This document shows positions 58,661-64,000 of a stretch of 64,000 nucleotides of DNA, piece after piece. The notes below the pieces were generated by a model that did no database searches, was not told where the DNA came from, and saw only the letters and a list, made by a program, of their open reading frames with translations. The translations under genes and the position numbers were made by a program. Origin of the DNA: Porticoccaceae bacterium (GTDB taxonomy: Bacteria > Bacteroidota > Bacteroidia > Flavobacteriales > Flavobacteriaceae); assembly GCA_047635475.1 (NCBI GenBank), contig JBLIKQ010000001.1, forward strand, positions 7,818 to 71,817. The letters are read 5' to 3'. Every line of letters begins with the position of its first letter. Within the stretch, counting starts at the first letter, position 1.

Positions 58661-60532
58661 TTAGTTTCTATAAACATTATTATCTTGGTTCACATCAGCC
58701 ATTAATCCACTTGGATCGATGCTGATTTTTTTAATCGTTCCTTTTGCTTTAGCGATAGTAAAATCATAATTAGATGCTGCCCAAGCCCAATCACTTAAAA
58801 CAGTTCTTTTTATCGCTGGATAAGGGTTTTCTTTCTCGTAGCTCATCATTCGTAAAGGCAGGTAAAAACTTTCCATTGTTCCATCGGTATATTCCACTAA
58901 CAAATCAATTGGCATTGGCATTCTGCCTATTCTTTCCAGACTGACCATAGTTTGATCTCCGTTCTCAGTTACCGCTTTGATGCCATAATCAATTGTGTTC
59001 AAAGTCTGCGTCCAATCTACCAAATACCAATCCAAATTAGCTCCAGAAACACGTTCTGCGCTTCGTTTAATGTCATTGGGCGCAGGGTGTTTAAATTTGA
59101 AATCGTTGTAATATCTTTTAATTGTTTCTGCAAGCTTCTCCTCACCAATAACGTATCGCAATTGAGACAAGAAAATACTTCCCTTAACATAAGAAGAAAT
59201 ACTATAGGGCCTGTTTTCCTCATAACGATCACCATGTGTAGTTTGCGGTTGCTCTTTTCCAGAATTTACTAAATTGTAGTATGCTTTGTAATTTCCTTCG
59301 AAAGGATTAGTGACTTTTTTGCCAGAAAATTCATTTTCTGCTAAATCAGAAATATAGCTAGTAAAACCTTCATCCATCCATGGATGTTTAGACTCATTTG
59401 ATGCCAACACATGTTGGAACCAAGAATGTCCCAATTCATGCGTAGCCGTTCCAAAAATCCCTTCAAGAGTTCCGTTTCCTAGCATCAATGTACTCATGGC
59501 ATATTCCATTCCGCCATCTCCGCCTTGGATAAATGAATATTGCTTGTACGGGTAGTTCCCAATATTTTTATTAAAAAAATCCATTACATTGACCATCATA
59601 GGCTCCAATTTCTTCCAATTTTCAATAGTTTTCGGATAGTTTTTATACAGGAAGTGTAAGTCAACCTCGTTTGGTCCTTTTACGATATCGTGCATGTAAT
59701 TTTTATCAGCAGCCCAAGCAAAATCATGAACCATTGGCGCTACAAAATGCCAAGTCAACATTTTCATTTTCTTAGGATAGTTTACGTTAACACCGGCGTC
59801 TTCGTAACCGTGTCCTATTTCGTTGGGGTTTTGCAAATATCCTGAACCTCCTAAAGTATAGTCCTTATCTAAGGTAATATTTACGTCAAAGTTTCCCCAA
59901 ACACCGTGAAACTCTCTAGCGATATACGGATCGGCATGCCAACCTTCAAAATCAAATTCGGCCATTTTTGGATACCATTGTGCCATCGATAATTCAACTC
60001 CTTCAGAATTGTTTCTGCCCGAACGGCGAATTTGTACTGGAACTTGTCCTTCAAAATCAAGGGTAAATGTTGTTTTGCTATTAGGTAAAATTGGTTTTGC
60101 CAAATCAACGATAAGAATTGTCCCTACCGTCTTTGCGCTAGTTTCAACACCATCTTGTTTGAAATTACTAATTTTCAAGTAGCCTATTTCATCGGATTTT
60201 AAACTTGCAATTCGGCTCACTTTAACCTCTTTGCCGTCGACAACTGCTTTATTAACCATCCTACCATCAGGATCTTTGATACTATGCAGTCTTGCGTCCA
60301 TCTCGCTCCCCGGCTGGAAAGCATTATTAAACAAATGATAATATACTTTTTTTAAGGTGTCAGCAGAATTATTGGTATAAACCAATTCCTGTTTTCCCTT
60401 GTATTGATAGTTATTCACGTCCATGGTAACGTCCATTTTGTAATCAACGTGTTGCTGCCAATAACTGGTACTTTGCGCGTAAATAGGCCCAAAACTGAGC
60501 ATGATAATTGAAAGTAAAAGAAGTTTTTTCAT
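58661..60532 (-). CDS. Secreted M1 family metallo-aminopeptidase
   Basis: Signal peptide, YWQQ, GGMEY, HELGHSWF..WMDEG (HExxH-x18-E). Confidence 0.95.
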   Translation of the reverse strand: MKKLLLLSIIMLSFGPIYAQSTSYWQQHVDYKMDVTMDVNNYQYKGKQELVYTNNSADTLKKVYYHLFNNAFQPGSEMDARLHSIKDPDGRMVNKAVVDGKEVKVSRIASLKSDEIGYLKISNFKQDGVETSAKTVGTILIVDLAKPILPNSKTTFTLDFEGQVPVQIRRSGRNNSEGVELSMAQWYPKMAEFDFEGWHADPYIAREFHGVWGNFDVNITLDKDYTLGGSGYLQNPNEIGHGYEDAGVNVNYPKKMKMLTWHFVAPMVHDFAWAADKNYMHDIVKGPNEVDLHFLYKNYPKTIENWKKLEPMMVNVMDFFNKNIGNYPYKQYSFIQGGDGGMEYAMSTLMLGNGTLEGIFGTATHELGHSWFQHVLASNESKHPWMDEGFTSYISDLAENEFSGKKVTNPFEGNYKAYYNLVNSGKEQPQTTHGDRYEENRPYSISSYVKGSIFLSQLRYVIGEEKLAETIKRYYNDFKFKHPAPNDIKRSAERVSGANLDWYLVDWTQTLNTIDYGIKAVTENGDQTMVSLERIGRMPMPIDLLVEYTDGTMESFYLPLRMMSYEKENPYPAIKRTVLSDWAWAASNYDFTIAKAKGTIKKISIDPSGLMADVNQDNNVYRN

Positions 60533-60543
60533 AGTATTTAAAT

Positions 60544-60573
60544 AAAAAATGGAAGGACTGATGTCCCTCCATT
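60544..60573 (-). terminator. Putative terminator after the S8 gene
   Basis: AATGGAGGGAC..GTCCTTCCATT plus a T-tract on the minus strand. Confidence 0.6.
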
Positions 60574-60592
60574 AGGTTAGTATGTATTCTAA

Positions 60593-62218
60593 TTATTTTT
60601 TTGACATTTTATCTGCCATAAGTAAAGCGTTATAGGCATTCACTATTTTTCCTGATTTGGATAAGTTAGTAAAAGAACGACTGTCTTTTGGATTACCACC
60701 TACAATAACGTCTGTAGAAATTGACACTCCTGAATCCATCAAGATGTGTTTCACTTGAGATGCCGATAGTTTAGGATAATAAGAACGTATTATAGCAGCA
60801 ACACCTGCAACATTTGGCGCAGCCATTGATGTTCCTTGTAGATACTTATAAGTGTTCTCTGGAGTCGTTGCATAAATTTTCACCCCTGGTGCGAAAACAT
60901 CAACATTTACTTTCCCAATATTTGAGAAACGAGCAACCACTTTATCCCCATATTCAAAATTCAAAGCTCCAATAGTGATCATATTATCTGCAAACTCTGT
61001 TTTTTTGTCATCAGAATCATTAGGGTAATTATTGAAACTATCGATATCTTTAGCGTCATTTCCCGCTGCATGAACAATTAAGACGTCTTTCTTTTCTGCA
61101 TATTTAATAGCATCGTAAACCCATTGCTTGTGTGGAGAAAAGCTTTTTCCGAAACTTCCGTTAATCACTTTGGCCCCATTATCAACTGCATAACGAATTC
61201 CAAGCGCTATATCTTTATCATACTCGTCGCCGTCTGGAACAGCACGAACAGTTAAGATTTCAACATTATTAGCAACTCCATCACCTCCGATGTTGTTGTT
61301 TCGAACTTGAGCGACAATACCAGCAACATGAGTTCCGTGAAGAATTTTTTCCTTGTCTGGTCCCATAACGTTATTGTTTCCGTATTTTATGTCGTTAATA
61401 TCGTTCGGATTATCACCAACTACCTCTCTATAATTCTGTTTAAGATTATCGCCGTTAAGCACGGAGATCATACCATCAATATCACCTTGAATAGCATCTT
61501 CTAACTCTGTAACACTCATTCCATAGGAGAGCATTCTTTGCATAAGCACTTTGCTTTCCATTACAGTCGAATCTTTGGATTCAACTGCATTAAGCTCTTC
61601 GATAGTATAAGTTGCTTTGCCTAATTCTTTAGCTATTTTTTCATTAGCAGCAGTTGTTGCTGCAATCATTTGCTCCAGTCTAACTTTCCCTTGATTGGCT
61701 TCATCTATTTTGTCGTCATTTAACTTTTTAGCCTCTAGATAAGTAACTTCATCAACTAGATCTTTGTTTTTGATGATTCTTTCGTATTCCAAATTCTCTT
61801 TGGTAATATCTCCAAGAAAATTCCACCCATGAATATCATCAATATATCCGTTATTATCATCATCTATTCCGTTCCCCGGAATTTCCTTAGCATTCGTCCA
61901 AACAACTGACTTAAGGTCTTCGTGTTCAATGTCAACACCGGAGTCAACTATGCCTACAATTACCTTTACTCCTTGTTTACCTTTTAATAATTCAGCATAA
62001 GCTCTGTCAACGCTCATTCCCGGAATTGTGTCTTTTACGATATCTAAATGACTCCAACGTTTTAATTCATTTTCCTGCAACGGTGCCGTTTTCTTAACGT
62101 TTAAAGGCGCGGAAATTGCGGTTAAAGAACTAAAACTTGAAACTTGTTTTTGAGCTCCACATCCTGCTAAAACCAAAATGGCAAAAGCAGAAAGGCAAAT
62201 GGGTTTGATGCTATTCAT
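60593..62218 (-). CDS. Subtilisin-like S8 serine protease, lipoprotein
   Basis: Lipobox LAG-C; VDSGVD, HGTHVAG and GTSMAAP catalytic triad. Confidence 0.95.
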   Translation of the reverse strand: MNSIKPICLSAFAILVLAGCGAQKQVSSFSSLTAISAPLNVKKTAPLQENELKRWSHLDIVKDTIPGMSVDRAYAELLKGKQGVKVIVGIVDSGVDIEHEDLKSVVWTNAKEIPGNGIDDDNNGYIDDIHGWNFLGDITKENLEYERIIKNKDLVDEVTYLEAKKLNDDKIDEANQGKVRLEQMIAATTAANEKIAKELGKATYTIEELNAVESKDSTVMESKVLMQRMLSYGMSVTELEDAIQGDIDGMISVLNGDNLKQNYREVVGDNPNDINDIKYGNNNVMGPDKEKILHGTHVAGIVAQVRNNNIGGDGVANNVEILTVRAVPDGDEYDKDIALGIRYAVDNGAKVINGSFGKSFSPHKQWVYDAIKYAEKKDVLIVHAAGNDAKDIDSFNNYPNDSDDKKTEFADNMITIGALNFEYGDKVVARFSNIGKVNVDVFAPGVKIYATTPENTYKYLQGTSMAAPNVAGVAAIIRSYYPKLSASQVKHILMDSGVSISTDVIVGGNPKDSRSFTNLSKSGKIVNAYNALLMADKMSKK

Positions 62219-62291
62219 TTAATATTTTATTTATGTTTTTAAATATTTGTCTAAAATAATTTATTTTGTTACAATAAGAATAGGATTAACA

Positions 62292-63152
62292 CTAAGTTAA
62301 TATTTGTTCGGCTGTAAAAACTTCTTTTAATCGAACGCCTTTCTCAGTGTGTTGCACTGTTATGATTTGATTATGCGCATCATGTTCTAAAAACAAATAG
62401 TAATTATTGTCTGCAGCGGCATTCAGGAATTTTGTTTTCTCTGGCATCGTCAGTAGGGGTCTAGTATCGTATCCCATAACATAAGCAACCGGAATGTGCC
62501 CGGCTGTCGCCAATAAATCAGCACAAAAAACGATTGTTTTATCTTTATACTTAATATGTGGGATCATCTGCTTATCAGTATGCCCATCGGCAAAAAAGAT
62601 ATCAAAACCCAATTCTGATTTTTCTAAAAAATCCTCTTCGGGTCTTTTTATGAAGTTCAGCTGTCCGCTTTCATGCATTGGTAGAATGTTTTCGGAAAGG
62701 AAAGATGCTTTTTCTCTAGGGTTGGGTTTTGTAGCCCAATCCCAATGGCTTTCATTGCTCCAGAATTTAGCGTTTTTGAAAGCAGGTTCGTATCCTGTTT
62801 TGTCCGCATTCCATTGCACACTGCCTCCGCAATGATCAAAATGCAAATGCGTCATAAATACATCGGTAACATCTTCACGATGAAACCCATATTTAGCTAA
62901 GGACTTATCCATGGAGTGTGATCCCCAAAGTGAATAATATCCAAAAAACTTCTCTGATTGTTTGTTACCCATTCCCGTGTCTATCAAAATCAATCTATTG
63001 CCATCTTCTATAAGCAAGCATCTTGCCGCAATATCAATTAAGTTATTTTCGTCTGCCGGATTGGTTCTGCTCCAGATTGTTTTGGGAACAACGCCAAACA
63101 TTGCACCACCATCGAGCTTAAAGTTACCAGTTTCAATAGGATATAATTTCAT
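62292..63152 (-). CDS. MBL-fold metallo-hydrolase (YtnP-like)
   Basis: LDGGAMFGVVPK, DTG, THLHFDHCGG. Confidence 0.92.
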   Translation of the reverse strand: MKLYPIETGNFKLDGGAMFGVVPKTIWSRTNPADENNLIDIAARCLLIEDGNRLILIDTGMGNKQSEKFFGYYSLWGSHSMDKSLAKYGFHREDVTDVFMTHLHFDHCGGSVQWNADKTGYEPAFKNAKFWSNESHWDWATKPNPREKASFLSENILPMHESGQLNFIKRPEEDFLEKSELGFDIFFADGHTDKQMIPHIKYKDKTIVFCADLLATAGHIPVAYVMGYDTRPLLTMPEKTKFLNAAADNNYYLFLEHDAHNQIITVQHTEKGVRLKEVFTAEQILT

Positions 63153-63161
63153 TTTTTTTGA

Positions 63162-63240
63162 ATTGAAAGATTAAAAAATTAGAGAGTTAGAGGACTGGGT
63201 TTTCTATAAAAACCCTATGCTGAATCTTTTAATTTCTTTA
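63162..63240. repeat. Inverted 8-nt periodic array around a short hairpin
   Basis: ATTGAAAG ATTAAAAA ATTAGAGA GTTAGAGG ACTGGGTT, then GGGTTTT/AAAACCC stem, then CTGAAT CTTTTAAT TTCTTTA. Confidence 0.5.
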
Positions 63241-63355
63241 TAATAAACTGCAATTTATGAAAATTGATCTGCTTTAAAAGGAATCGTATAAACTTTTTCT
63301 ATTTTATCATTTGTTATAAAAATGTTATCTGTTGTGCTAAAACATTTATATATAC

Positions 63356-63388
63356 TATCTTTGTCTTTAATTTAGACAAAATCAAAAT
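63356..63388 (+). promoter_or_regulatory. suf -7 box (TATCTTTG, 63356-63363) with a downstream 7-5-7 palindrome (63370-63388)
   Basis: ATTTAGA-CAAAA-TCAAAAT (one mismatch), a candidate iron/peroxide repressor box. Confidence 0.5.
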
Positions 63389-63392
63389 AACA

Positions 63393-63722
63393 ATGATACA
63401 AGTTTCTGAAACTGCCAAAAAGAAAATCATCGATTTGATGAAAGAAGATGGCTTTGATGCTGCGATCGATTTCGTTAGAGTTGGTGTAAAAAGCGGTGGA
63501 TGCTCAGGTTTGTCTTATGACTTAAAGTTCGATAAAACCAAAGGAGAGGACGATAAAATATTCATAGACAACAATATAACAATTGCAGTAGAAAAAAAAT
63601 CTTTCCTTTATTTAGCTGGAACCATACTAGAATTTTCTGGTGGAATAAACGGAAAAGGATTTGTTTTCAATAATCCCAATGCAAGTAGAACCTGTGGCTG
63701 CGGCGAGAGTTTCTCTTTGTAA
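63393..63722 (+). CDS. sufA: HesB/IscA/SufA Fe-S cluster carrier
   Basis: GGCSGLSY and TCGCGESF; start ATG 63393. Confidence 0.93.
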   Translation: MIQVSETAKKKIIDLMKEDGFDAAIDFVRVGVKSGGCSGLSYDLKFDKTKGEDDKIFIDNNITIAVEKKSFLYLAGTILEFSGGINGKGFVFNNPNASRTCGCGESFSL

Positions 63723-63741
63723 AATAACTAAATAAAAAAAT

Positions 63742-64000
63742 ATGTCAAAATATACCGAAGACGACTTAAAACTCGAACTCGAAACTAAAGAGTACGAGTA
63801 CGGGTTTTACACCCAACTAGAATCAGATACTTTTCCAATTGGTTTAAACGAAGATATTGTTCGTGCTATTTCCAATAGAAAAGAAGAACCTCAATGGATG
63901 ACCGATTGGCGTATTGAGTCTTTTCGTGCATGGGAACAAATGACAGAACCAGAATGGGCAAATGTGCATTATCCAAAGCCTGATTTTCAGGCTATTTCCT
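63742..64000 (+). CDS. sufB: Fe-S cluster assembly protein SufB (5' part; runs off the window)
   Basis: MSKYTEDDLK..EYEYGF..GLNEDIVRAIS..EPQWM.DWR..EPEWANVHY; follows sufA. Confidence 0.92.
   Translation, partial: MSKYTEDDLKLELETKEYEYGFYTQLESDTFPIGLNEDIVRAISNRKEEPQWMTDWRIESFRAWEQMTEPEWANVHYPKPDFQAIS

Noticed and set aside
2658-62839. Numerous 60-140 aa antisense or alternative-frame ORFs inside long genes
   Set aside because: Fully nested in well-supported genes, with no recognisable motifs

Overview
Low-GC chromosomal segment from a Bacteroidota organism, very probably a Flavobacterium: TAnnTTTG -7 promoter boxes, T9SS porZ, a moxR-DUF58-batABCDE cluster and SDR-type L-threonine dehydrogenase. 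Most of it is core housekeeping sequence (uvrC, lspA, ileS, recO, gdhA, gmk, nadD, gpsA, pheS, mfd, sufA/sufB). I found no rRNA, tRNA, CRISPR array, prophage or intact IS. The unusual material is mostly outside the ORF track. (1) A 558-bp segment sits at the 3' end of an M1 aminopeptidase gene, carrying a divergent second copy of the gene's tail plus a small membrane-protein gene; the orphan tail lies next to the terminator (58100-58783). (2) A decayed locus holds RAYT (REP-associated tyrosine transposase) fragments and REP-like hairpins (44214-44668). (3) Many intergenic spacers carry degenerate 7-, 8- or 10-nt periodic arrays, some as inverted arm pairs, which look like empty or relic sites of small mobile cassettes. 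(4) There are two dispersed Flavo-1-like structured repeats. (5) Three lipoprotein genes are pseudogenised. (6) A palindromic operator candidate is shared by gdhA and ltd. All family assignments come from motif recognition and recall, not database searches. I cannot claim a confirmed novel system.
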